From an uncultured Myxococcales bacterium (GTDB lineage: Bacteria; Myxococcota_A; Polyangia; Fen-1088), in NCBI GenBank assembly GCA_964535465.1, contig CAZHUY010000004.1, forward strand, positions 1 through 54,677: a DNA stretch of 54,677 nt, read 5' to 3'. The position numbers were made by a program, and so were the translations under genes. Under the pieces are notes generated by a model. It had not been told where the DNA came from and did no database searches. It saw only the letters and a list, made by a program, of their open reading frames with translations. Within the stretch, counting starts at the first letter, position 1; every line of letters begins with the position of its first letter. Positions 33,585 to 41,964 of this stretch are shown here, piece after piece.

Positions 33585-35621
33585 ATGGCGTTCTTCGCGA
33601 ACCTCCATCGGCTTGATCCCGGGCTGGGCGGCAAGGCGCGCTCGTTGGTGAGGTTGTCCGATGCGGGCTTGACCACGCCGGTGGGCTTCGTGGTGTTGGA
33701 TGATGTCTTTCGGGCGCTCTGTCCCGCCAGGGCCTTGCCCAGGCAAATCGATCAGGTCGGGCTCGAGGCCTTGGACCACATCACGAACGACTTCCTCGCC
33801 GCATCCTGGCCCGCGGGATTCATCCCCCAGCTCACCGCCCAACTGGCACAGGCGCCGGCCGCGCTATGGTCGGTGCGCTCGTCGTTCGCCGGCGAGGACC
33901 AGGCAGGGGCCTTGGGCGCGGGGGTTTATCACTCGGTGGTAGGGATTCCGACGTCGCAAGTGCCGGCGGCGATTCGCGAGGTCTTGTCTTCGGCCTTGTC
34001 CCCGGGCGCGGTGGCGTATGCGCTGGCGCATGGTCTGGAGCCCGCGGCCAAGCCCCTCACCGTGTTGGTCCACCACTTCATCCAGGGCGATGCCGACGGC
34101 GGCGCAGCTTACGACAAGGCACCCGAGTCATTCGTGGTGCAAGTGAACAACGGCCGCCTCTCCGAAGCGGCCCGCGGACGCCTGCGTGACAGCCTGCAGA
34201 GGCTGGCCGAGCAGTATGGTCCCGTCGAGGTGGAATGGGCCGCCGTGAACGACGAGCTGGTGTTTCTGCAGATGCGCCCCTACCTCGCGCCCGCAACCCC
34301 GACGGACTGGTCAGGGTGGAAGGACCTGGGGGCGTCGTCACCTGGCGATTGGCATTGGGACCAGGCCCACAACCCGCTACCCCTCTCTCCCCTGCACGAG
34401 GGCTTGGTGGGGCTGATTGACCTGCGCTGCATGATGGGATTCCGGCAGCGCGTGCTCGGACATTATCTCTTCTACACCAGGGACAACCGGCTGGGGCCCG
34501 CTGCCATCAGCGCCGAGCAAGCCCCCACGCGCTTTGCGGTGCTGCGCGCCGAGGTCGAAGCGGGGCTGGCGAGGATGGGCGCGGAGCCATCCCTGCAGGG
34601 CGCGCTGGATCTGTTCGTGAGCATTCACGAGCCGATCTTCGGCGTGATCCAGCCGGCCCTGCGCTCGGCACGCACCCGGCTGAGGGATTTTCTGCGCGAG
34701 CAGGGGTCCGCCGGGCTGTTCGACTTTGCGCACCTGCTGACCGGCGTGACATCTGTGGCCAGCGAGCGCCGCCAACGGGCCGCGGCCTTGCGCGCGGCGG
34801 ACGACCCGCAGGCGGCCGCGCAGGCGCGCCAGCGCTACCTCGAGCTGTTCGGAGACGAGAGCCCCGTGTGGGACGTGGCGACTCCCACGTGCAACGAATC
34901 TCCTGGGTGCTTGGGGACGGCCGAGACGTCGACGCCGCCCGGCCCGACGGCCGACCACGAGCGCGCCGCGGCGGCGGTCGAAGCCCGGATCCGCCCCGAG
35001 CGACACGCCGAATTCCGCGAGCTGCTGGCCCTGGCGCGACAGGCGGTCGCGCTTGGCGAGGAGGACGATTGGCTGTACGCCCGTGCCCAGGCGGCGCTGC
35101 GCCGCGCGCTCTTGCGTGGGGGCAATCGGCTGGTGGAGCAGGGAACCCTGGCCCGGCCGGACGATGTCTTCTTCCTGCCCTTGGAGCTGGTGCGCGCCCT
35201 GGACTCGGGAACACCGGCGCCCGCCAGCCTGCAAGAACAAGCGGAAGCGGGGCGGTCCGCCTGGCAGGCAGCCTGCGCGCAACCGCCGCCTGTGGTGACC
35301 GCCGCCGACACGACGACCATCAAGGGCGTGGGCACCGGCGGTCGCGCCGTGGGCCGTGTGGTGGTCCATCGTGCAGGGCGCCCGCAGCAGGCCCGGGATC
35401 AGGTCCTGCTGGCCTCGACCCTGCTGCCCAGCGAGTTGCCCCTCATCGTGGCGGCGGCCCTCGTCGTCGAAACCGGCGGCCCGCTGGACCACGTGGCCAC
35501 CCAGGCGCGCGAGCGCCAGCTCCCCGCGGTGGTAGGCGCCGCGGGGGCCACCCGCGTCCTGCGCGAAGGCGATCTGGTGTTGGTGGACGCGGATCGCGGT
35601 CTGGTCGTGCGCCTGGCGTGA
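33585..35621 (+). CDS. PEP-utilising-enzyme-family phosphotransferase (PPDK_N ATP-grasp domain + swivelling phosphohistidine domain, no PEP/pyruvate TIM-barrel); PpsA/rifampin-phosphotransferase-like architecture
   Basis: N-terminal GGKARSLVRLSDAGLTTPVGFVV and VRSSFAGEDQAGALGAGVYHSVVG. C-terminal mobile domain GVGTGGRAVGRVVV...VLLASTLLPSELPLIVAAALVVETGGPLDHVATQARERQLPAVVG...GDLVLVDADRGLVV. Confidence 0.75.
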   Translation: MAFFANLHRLDPGLGGKARSLVRLSDAGLTTPVGFVVLDDVFRALCPARALPRQIDQVGLEALDHITNDFLAASWPAGFIPQLTAQLAQAPAALWSVRSSFAGEDQAGALGAGVYHSVVGIPTSQVPAAIREVLSSALSPGAVAYALAHGLEPAAKPLTVLVHHFIQGDADGGAAYDKAPESFVVQVNNGRLSEAARGRLRDSLQRLAEQYGPVEVEWAAVNDELVFLQMRPYLAPATPTDWSGWKDLGASSPGDWHWDQAHNPLPLSPLHEGLVGLIDLRCMMGFRQRVLGHYLFYTRDNRLGPAAISAEQAPTRFAVLRAEVEAGLARMGAEPSLQGALDLFVSIHEPIFGVIQPALRSARTRLRDFLREQGSAGLFDFAHLLTGVTSVASERRQRAAALRAADDPQAAAQARQRYLELFGDESPVWDVATPTCNESPGCLGTAETSTPPGPTADHERAAAAVEARIRPERHAEFRELLALARQAVALGEEDDWLYARAQAALRRALLRGGNRLVEQGTLARPDDVFFLPLELVRALDSGTPAPASLQEQAEAGRSAWQAACAQPPPVVTAADTTTIKGVGTGGRAVGRVVVHRAGRPQQARDQVLLASTLLPSELPLIVAAALVVETGGPLDHVATQARERQLPAVVGAAGATRVLREGDLVLVDADRGLVVRLA

Positions 35622-35793
35622 AGGGAGTTTGCTGGTGCCTCGACCGATGCGTACTGCTCGCATCTGGCTTGGTCTTTCGCGCGCTGGCTTCGTTGCTCGT
35701 CGGTTACATAGCTACGGCTTGCGCTCTCCTCGCGCCTCGCCATCGCACGAAATCCACAGCGCCAGCTGCAATCACTACGCCCCGGTCGAGGCC

Positions 35794-37050
35794 CTAGTCC
35801 GTGGCCAGGTACGGCCGGATCATCTCGTACTTGGCCTGGTTCACGCTGACCCAGTCGTCCTTGAGGATGCCCTCGGTGTCGCCCGAGTTGGGGTTCATGC
35901 ACCAGAAGGTCCAGTTCGAGTCCTTGCCGACGTACTCCATGAAGGCCTTCAGCCACTTGTGCGCGGTGTTGTTGGGGTCGGCGGCGGAGGCCTCCTTGAT
36001 GCCGAATTCGCCGAAGAAGAGCGGGGCGATGCCTTCCTTGTGGATGAACCAGAACTTGCTGTCCCAGATGTCAGGCAGGTTGTCGGGAAAGCTGCTGTCC
36101 GAGAACCAGGTCTGGTTGTACACCTCGGGCCCGTATTCGTGGGCCGAGTACCATAGGTTGGACGAGGGGATCTCGCTGTCCTCGATGGGATAGTCGGCCA
36201 CGCCCTTGAGGTTGCCGCCCCACCAGTAGTTGTCGCCGCGGTAGTTCTCGACCCCCTCCACGATGATGATGATCTTGGGGTTGACCTTCAGTATGGCCTG
36301 GCCGCACTTGACCGCGGCCTTGCGCCAGTCGGTGGTGCCGTAGCCATCCTGGTCGTAGCCCCAGGTGGCGGGCGGCTTCATGCCCTGGGTGGTGTTGCCG
36401 TGGGGCTCGTTCTTCAGATCGGCCGCCACCACCGCGGGGTTGTCCTTGTAGCGCTCGATCAGCATGACCCAATCCGAGATCCAGCTCTCTTCGCTGTGGT
36501 CCTTGGTGTACCACAGGGTCTCCTGCATGTAGCCGTCGTGGGCGCGCGAGTGATTGTCGAGGATCACCTTGAGCCCGATGCGGTTGCACTCGTCCAGGAT
36601 CTTGTCCATGACCTGCAGCGAGGTGAGACCACCGAGATCCAGGTTGAGCGGCTCGTTGGTGTAGGGGTCGGTGCCGTAGGCATTCACCTGGATGCCGGTG
36701 GGCGTCGCGGTCAACATGTCGTTGCACCAGGGCAAACGCACGCTGTTGAAGCCCAGATCCTTGATCTGGCGAAGCATGGACTTGTAGTCACGCGCCCAAA
36801 GCCCGTGGGGAAAGTAGTTGGTGGTCTCGAAGCCGAACCAGTTGACCCCGGTCAGGCGACCGTGTTGGCAGTCGGGGCAGCCTTGCGGTCCCGGCGAAGA
36901 CGAGCCTCCCTTGCCGGAGACGCCGCCGCTGCCACCCCCGTTCCCGCCGGAGGCGCCGGGCTCGCTGTCGCCGCCCGAGCACCCCGGCGACGCGAGTAGG
37001 GCCATGAGGGAGATGACGGCGGCATGAGATGGGATCGATGGCCGAGTCAT
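35794..37050 (-). CDS. GH5 endoglucanase (cellulase) lipoprotein
   Basis: I chose the start MTRPSIPSHAAVISLMALLASPGC (lipobox). A Gly/Ser linker follows. Motifs: GVNWFGFET, HGLWARDY, GFNSVRLPW, LKNEPHG (acid/base Glu), FGEFG (nucleophile Glu). The 746-aa ORF in the track is an upstream read-through extension. Confidence 0.85.
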   Translation of the reverse strand: MTRPSIPSHAAVISLMALLASPGCSGGDSEPGASGGNGGGSGGVSGKGGSSSPGPQGCPDCQHGRLTGVNWFGFETTNYFPHGLWARDYKSMLRQIKDLGFNSVRLPWCNDMLTATPTGIQVNAYGTDPYTNEPLNLDLGGLTSLQVMDKILDECNRIGLKVILDNHSRAHDGYMQETLWYTKDHSEESWISDWVMLIERYKDNPAVVAADLKNEPHGNTTQGMKPPATWGYDQDGYGTTDWRKAAVKCGQAILKVNPKIIIIVEGVENYRGDNYWWGGNLKGVADYPIEDSEIPSSNLWYSAHEYGPEVYNQTWFSDSSFPDNLPDIWDSKFWFIHKEGIAPLFFGEFGIKEASAADPNNTAHKWLKAFMEYVGKDSNWTFWCMNPNSGDTEGILKDDWVSVNQAKYEMIRPYLATD

Positions 37051-37212
37051 GAGCTCACAATCTACCCGGCCCAACCTGAAGGCCAAGTCACAAGAGCGAA
37101 ATGTGGCAAAAAGTGAGAAGTGGCGCGGAAATCGACAGCGCGCCCGCAAGATTCTGGCCTTGGGCCGACCAGTTCGCCTAGCATTCCTGGCAATTCTCGT
37201 TGAGGAGTCCCC

Positions 37213-38274
37213 ATGGTTTCGCCTCGTTCCCCTCGTCTCTTGGCCTTGGCTTGTCTGCTGTCCGCCTGCGCTTCGACCTCGGAGGAGGAAGAAGGAGGAG
37301 GTGGCGCCGCCGGCGGCAGCGGCGGTGGCGGCGGGTCGGAGGGTAATAAGACCTTCACCGTCGATGGTCGCCACCTGAAGGATCCCTGCGGAAACAAGGT
37401 CGTCCTGCGCGGGGTGAACGAGATGATCGTCTGGAGCTCCGACAAGACCGGCGCCTCCGTTTACCAGGAGATCGCCAAGACCGGCGCCAACGTGGTGCGC
37501 ATCGTGTGGAGCGCGAAGGGGAGCAGCGCCTCGGACCTGGACAAGACCATCAGCAACGCCCTGGAGAACAAGATGATTCCCATGGTCGAGAACCACGACA
37601 CCACGGGCAAGCTCGCAGAGATTCCCGCGGCGGTCGATTATTGGACCAAGGCGGATGTGGCAGAGGTCCTGCAAAAATACGCGGACAAGATCCTGCTCAA
37701 CATCGGCAACGAGGCTGGAGACGGCAGTGTCCCCTCGGACGAGTTCGAAGGCACCTACGCCACCGCCATCAAGCGATTGCGCGATGCCGGATTCAAGTTC
37801 CCCCTCATCGTCGATTCGGCCGGATGGGGCAGCAGCATCCAGACCATCTGGTATTCCGGCGATGTGGTGGTGGCCTCCGATCCGCTCAAGAACACCATGC
37901 TCAGCATTCACACCTACTGGGACGATGCCGACGGCGCCCTCACCCGCAGGCACCTGACCGAGGTGGTGGATGATTTGAAACTGCCGCTGATCGTGGGGGA
38001 GTTCGCCGACACCCGGGTCAACGTCTGCACGCACGGCTCGTACAATGTCAAAGAGCTGATGGCCGTGGCCCAGGAGAAGGAGATCAGCTGGTTGGCCTGG
38101 TCGTGGGGGGCGGTCAAGAACAACGATTGCCCGGGCATGCTCGACATGACCAGCGACGGCACCTTCGCCGGCTTGACGAATTGGGGCCTGGAGGTCGCCA
38201 GCAACGACGCCAACAGCATCAAGAACACGTCGGTGCGTTCGCCCTACATCGAGAAGGGCAGCTGCGACCAGTAA
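37213..38274 (+). CDS. GH5 beta-mannanase-like lipoprotein
   Basis: Lipobox LACLLSAC. An acidic/Gly linker follows. Motifs: VLRGVNEMIVW, IAKTGANVVRIVW, LLNIGNEAG (acid/base Glu), LIVGEFA (nucleophile Glu), WLAWSW. Confidence 0.75.
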   Translation: MVSPRSPRLLALACLLSACASTSEEEEGGGGAAGGSGGGGGSEGNKTFTVDGRHLKDPCGNKVVLRGVNEMIVWSSDKTGASVYQEIAKTGANVVRIVWSAKGSSASDLDKTISNALENKMIPMVENHDTTGKLAEIPAAVDYWTKADVAEVLQKYADKILLNIGNEAGDGSVPSDEFEGTYATAIKRLRDAGFKFPLIVDSAGWGSSIQTIWYSGDVVVASDPLKNTMLSIHTYWDDADGALTRRHLTEVVDDLKLPLIVGEFADTRVNVCTHGSYNVKELMAVAQEKEISWLAWSWGAVKNNDCPGMLDMTSDGTFAGLTNWGLEVASNDANSIKNTSVRSPYIEKGSCDQ

Positions 38275-38608
38275 CCTGGTTCGACCCGAATCCGATCCTC
38301 GCTTTCGCTACCGTCGAGGTGACGTTCGACTGAGAGGCGGTCGGCGCCTTTGCTTCTTCAGGCCCATGTGGCTTCGCCCGGCCCGCCAACACGGTTGAAT
38401 ATTCTCGGCCCCGAAAGAGAATGCGCCCGCGCATGTCGCTGATCGCGGTGGCTGCCGCGTGTTCACCTCAGGAGGCGGATGTGAGCGAGACGCAAGCGAA
38501 GCTCACGGCCGCCCCGCCGCCGACTTGCCCAGCTGGGTACAACGGGATCGTCGGGAGCGAGGGAGATGACCACCTGGTGGGACGAACCAAGCCGATCGTC
38601 GAAGGACC

Positions 38609-38929
38609 TTACAGTTCCGACGCCGCGCTCACCCGTTCGGCGGGCTTGCGGTTTCCGGCGTTCACGCGCTCGCGCAGCTCCTTGCCCACCTTGAAGAAGG
38701 CCAGGCGCTTGGGCTTGACGTGAACGGTGGCGCCGGTGCGCGGGTTACGGCCGTCGTAGGCGCGGTACTCGCGCACGGTGAAACTGCCAAAGCCCCGGAT
38801 TTCGATGCCCTCGCCGCGCGACAGGGCGTCCGACATCGAGGAGAAGATCTGATCCACCAGCAGCTCGGCGCGCGCCCAAGGGAACTTGAGCTTCTCGGCG
38901 ATGATGGCGATGAGGTCGGCCTTGGTCAT
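38609..38929 (-). CDS. ihfB: Integration host factor beta-like (HU/IHF family) DNA-bending protein
   Basis: MTKADLIAIIAEKL...GEGIEIRGFGSFTVREYRAYDGRNPRTGATVHVKPKRLAFFKVGKELRERVN. The IEIRGFGSF and GKELR-R-N motifs match the IhfB type. I chose the internal ATG at 38929. Confidence 0.85.
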   Translation of the reverse strand: MTKADLIAIIAEKLKFPWARAELLVDQIFSSMSDALSRGEGIEIRGFGSFTVREYRAYDGRNPRTGATVHVKPKRLAFFKVGKELRERVNAGNRKPAERVSAASEL

Positions 38930-38964
38930 GACAACGAGGGGGCAGTCTATCCAAAAAGGCGCGT

Positions 38965-39837
38965 CTAGTCGAGAGGGCGCGCGGGCAGCGGCGCGTTGGC
39001 GTCGGTTCGGTAGCGATAGGTCTTGAAGAAAGAGTATTCGCTGCAGCTGTGGCGTGCGTAGAAGTCGAGAACGTCGCGCCACCCGAAGTGTTTCTGGTCG
39101 ACACCTTCCTTGATTTCTCGCCACGAGAAGGTCTGCTGGCAGGTGTCCTGGCCGCGGAAACCCACATGCCCCGAAAAGGTGCGTGGATCGTATAAGGTGG
39201 GGTTGAGCGGCAGGCGCGAGGCGTAGAAGGCCGAGATAGCCGGCACCTCGATGACCTCGATGCGGTTGATCTCCACGGTTTCGTCGCGGCGGTACAGACA
39301 CTCCGTGCGCATGATGGTCTGGTTGGGCGCGAGGGACATGGCGTTGTGGGGTATCTCGCCCTTGTGCGTGCAGCGCTTCTTGTCGGAGACGCTGGTCTGG
39401 ACTCGGTAGAGGAGATGGACCGGCGTTCGGTTCTCGATGCGCAGGATCAGATGATCCACGTTGATGCTTTGACCCGCCATGATCGATACGGCTTTGTTGA
39501 TCTCGAGCGACACCTTCAGGTGACGCGTCTCGATGGGGGCCTTGACCCGCAGGCGTTGTTTCTTCTTCAGCTCATCGAAATAGGGATTGGGCTGGATGAT
39601 CTCGTCCCAGGACACCGGCGGAATGCCGAAGGCCTTGGCATCCTGCTCGAGCTGGGTACGGTAGTACACGGGCGAGAAGCGCAGCTCCGAGTTGATCAGC
39701 GTCGACACGGGTGGGGGCGGACGGGGTCGCTCGGGGGCTGGCGGCGGCGTGCTGCTGGCGTGCAGGGCGAGGGTGCCCGCGCCGATGGCCAAGGCGGCTG
39801 CCACGAGCACGGCGAGAGCGAGGGGTTTGCCTTCCAA
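38965..39837 (-). CDS. Secreted hypothetical protein (Pro-rich N-terminal linker, Cys-containing globular domain)
   Basis: Signal/anchor KPLALAVLVAAALAIGAG, then PPPAPERPRPPPP, then a domain of about 230 aa that I do not recognise. It is tightly packed between serS (7-nt gap) and ihfB (35-nt gap). Confidence 0.6.
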   Translation of the reverse strand: MEGKPLALAVLVAAALAIGAGTLALHASSTPPPAPERPRPPPPVSTLINSELRFSPVYYRTQLEQDAKAFGIPPVSWDEIIQPNPYFDELKKKQRLRVKAPIETRHLKVSLEINKAVSIMAGQSINVDHLILRIENRTPVHLLYRVQTSVSDKKRCTHKGEIPHNAMSLAPNQTIMRTECLYRRDETVEINRIEVIEVPAISAFYASRLPLNPTLYDPRTFSGHVGFRGQDTCQQTFSWREIKEGVDQKHFGWRDVLDFYARHSCSEYSFFKTYRYRTDANAPLPARPLD

Positions 39838-39843
39838 GTCCGT

Positions 39844-41109
39844 CTACCCGAGAGTTTCGCGACCCCCAAAGTATGGTCGAAGCACGGCCGGTATGTCTAG
39901 TTTGCCGTCGGCGCGCTGGTAGGTCTCCATCACACCAATCAGGGTGCGGGGCAGGGCCAGGCCCGAGCCGTTCAGGGTGTGCACGAAGCGGGTCTTCTCC
40001 TGCCCGTCGCGGAAGCGAATCTTGGCCCGGCGGGCCTCGAACTCGCCGAAGTTCGAGCACGAGCTGACCTCGAGCCACTCGTTGCAGCCCGGGGCCCACA
40101 GCTCGAGGTCGAACTTGACCATGGCCGAGAACGAAAGATCACCGGTGCACATCTCGATGACCCGGTAGGGCAACTCCAGCGCCTTGAGCACGTCTTCGGC
40201 GTCGCTGAGCAGGGCCTTGAGCTCGTCCATCGAGGTCTCGGGACGCACGAATTTGACCAGCTCGACCTTGTCGAACTGGTGGCCGCGCTTGATGCCGCGG
40301 GTATCGCGGCCGGCGGCCATCTGCTCGCGGCGGAAGCACGCGGTGTAGGCCACGTGCTTGATGGGCAGCTTGTCGCCCTCGAGGATCTCCTCGCGGTACA
40401 GGTTGGTCACCGGCACCTCGGCGGTGGGGATGAACCAGAAGTCTTCCTCGGCGTCGCGGTACAGGTTCTCGCCGAACTTGGGCAGGTTGCCCGTGCCCAC
40501 CAGGGCCTCGCGGCGGACCATGTAGGGCGGCAGGATCTCGGTGTAGCCGTGCTTGCTGGTGTGCAGGTCCAGCATGAAGCTGATGAGCGCCCGCTGCAGG
40601 CGCGCGCCCCAGTCCTTGAGGATGTAGAAGCGCGAGCCCGAGACCTTGACCCCACGGTCGAAGTCGAGAACGCCCCAGCGCGGGCCCAGATCCCAGTGGG
40701 CCTGCGGGGCGAAGTCGAAGTCTCGCTTCACCCCCTCTTCGCGCACCACGCGGTTTTCCGTGTCGTCCTTGCCGACGGGCACCGAGGGGTGGGGCAGGTT
40801 GGGCAGCTCCAGCAGCTTCTCTTCCAAGAGCTGCTCCTTGGCGGCCAGATCGGCGACCAGGGCCTCCAGCTGCTGCTTGCACGCGGCACCCTTGGCCTTG
40901 GCCTCCTCCCGGGCCTGCGGGTTGGGCGCCTTGGCGATCTCGCGCGACAGGCGATTCTGCTCGGCCTGGATGGTCTGCGAGTCGTTCTTCAGCTTGCGAA
41001 CGGTTTGGTCCAACGCCAAAACGGCGTCGAAGTCCACGGTGGCGCCCAGTTTGGCGAAACCGGCGCGCACCTCGTCGGGGTTGTCTCGGATCAGGCGGAT
41101 GTCAAGCAT
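39844..41109 (-). CDS. serS: Seryl-tRNA synthetase
   Basis: MLDIRLIRDNPDEV, coiled-coil arm, and class II motifs (FIPTAEVPVTNLY, YTACFRREQMAAGRDTRGIKRGHQFDKVE, HTLNGSGLALPRTLIGVMETYQ). I chose the internal ATG at 41109. Confidence 0.95.
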   Translation of the reverse strand: MLDIRLIRDNPDEVRAGFAKLGATVDFDAVLALDQTVRKLKNDSQTIQAEQNRLSREIAKAPNPQAREEAKAKGAACKQQLEALVADLAAKEQLLEEKLLELPNLPHPSVPVGKDDTENRVVREEGVKRDFDFAPQAHWDLGPRWGVLDFDRGVKVSGSRFYILKDWGARLQRALISFMLDLHTSKHGYTEILPPYMVRREALVGTGNLPKFGENLYRDAEEDFWFIPTAEVPVTNLYREEILEGDKLPIKHVAYTACFRREQMAAGRDTRGIKRGHQFDKVELVKFVRPETSMDELKALLSDAEDVLKALELPYRVIEMCTGDLSFSAMVKFDLELWAPGCNEWLEVSSCSNFGEFEARRAKIRFRDGQEKTRFVHTLNGSGLALPRTLIGVMETYQRADGKLDIPAVLRPYFGGRETLG

Positions 41110-41178
41110 GGGAAACGCAGTGTACGACGAGCCCACCCCAGGGCCAAGAGCCTTGCCGGGTGTGCTATGGGTTAATGC

Positions 41179-41568
41179 ATGCCGCTCGTCACAATCGAAA
41201 CCCGGCGCGGGCTGGCGCCGGCGACGAAGAAGGCCCTGTTGGACGGGGCCCACCGGGCTCTGGTGGACTGCTTCAAGATCCCCGACCACGACCGGGCCCA
41301 GAGGTTCATCGAGCACGCCCCCGAGGACTTCGAGATCCCGGGAAACCGCGGCGAGAGGTTCACCATCGTGACCCTGACGGTGTTCGCCGGCCGTTCGCTT
41401 GACGCCAAGCGTGCTCTCTACCGCAGCCTGGTCGACAGCTTCGAGGCCGCCGGGATCCCCAGAACCGACGTCCTCGTGGTGTTGCAGGAGGTGCCCAGCG
41501 AGAACTGGGGCCTACGCGGTGGCATCGCCGGTTGTGACATCGACATCGGGTTCAAGATCGGCGTTTAG
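41179..41568 (+). CDS. Tautomerase-superfamily protein (4-OT-like, Pro1)
   Basis: The protein begins MPLVTIETRRG (catalytic Pro after Met). It has two beta-alpha-beta-like halves (second half FTIVTLTVFAGRSLDAKRALYRSLVDSF). Confidence 0.7.
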   Translation: MPLVTIETRRGLAPATKKALLDGAHRALVDCFKIPDHDRAQRFIEHAPEDFEIPGNRGERFTIVTLTVFAGRSLDAKRALYRSLVDSFEAAGIPRTDVLVVLQEVPSENWGLRGGIAGCDIDIGFKIGV

Positions 41569-41574
41569 CCATCA

Positions 41575-41597
41575 CGGAAAGCGGCCGCAAGGCGCTG
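41575..41597 (+). repeat. Left copy of an exact 23-nt direct repeat CGGAAAGCGGCCGCAAGGCGCTG
   Basis: Read directly from the sequence. It lies 7 nt after the tautomerase stop, in the 396-nt spacer upstream of the FG-GAP lipoprotein gene. Confidence 0.9.
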
Positions 41598-41964
41598 GCG
41601 GTCGTCAGATCGGCTTGCGGGGGACGTCCATCACCGGCCGGGCGCCGGGGGGGCCGAAATGGTGAGGGAATTCCCGCCGCGCCCGTCCATGATGGACTCG
41701 ATCGTCGCCTGGCATCCGCGTCTCGCAGACGAGCCGCGGAGCGGCTCCTTCCGCCCCCGCAAACCGACCTGCCGCCCGCTGGCGCGCCTTGCTTCCCTTA
41801 CGTCAGGGATGAAGAGGCGGGGAAATCGCTCCGGTGGGCGACGAGGATGTAGATTGCCTGGCGGACCGATGTTTCTGCCAGGACGAGAAGTACCAGTGAG
41901 CTCGGCCTTTGGAATGGATGTCCAGGCAGACGCGTCCATCCCCTCTGCCTCAAGGAAAGGACCC

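Noticed and set aside
37051-38034. N-terminal 327-aa extension of the 746-aa minus-strand ORF containing the GH5 cellulase
   Set aside because: The extension is antisense to the GH5 mannanase-like gene and has no features. A start at 37050 gives a clean lipoprotein signal peptide directly in front of the GH5 domain.
38421-38723. 100-aa ORF with a lipobox-like start (AVAAAC) and an RTX-like GSEGDDHLVG motif
   Set aside because: Its 3' third is antisense to the well-supported ihfB-like gene, and only one nonapeptide-like motif is present. At best it is a remnant of a calcium-binding secreted protein, which is not enough to call a gene or pseudogene.
41659-41964. Upstream extension of the FG-GAP ORF. 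Analogous extensions: 4026-4154, 28916-29104, 31592-31756, 23353-23571, 18351-18872
   Set aside because: In each case an internal ATG gives a canonical signal peptide or lipobox, or a start overlapping the upstream stop. The extension is Arg/Pro/Gly-rich read-through typical of open frames in GC-rich sequence.
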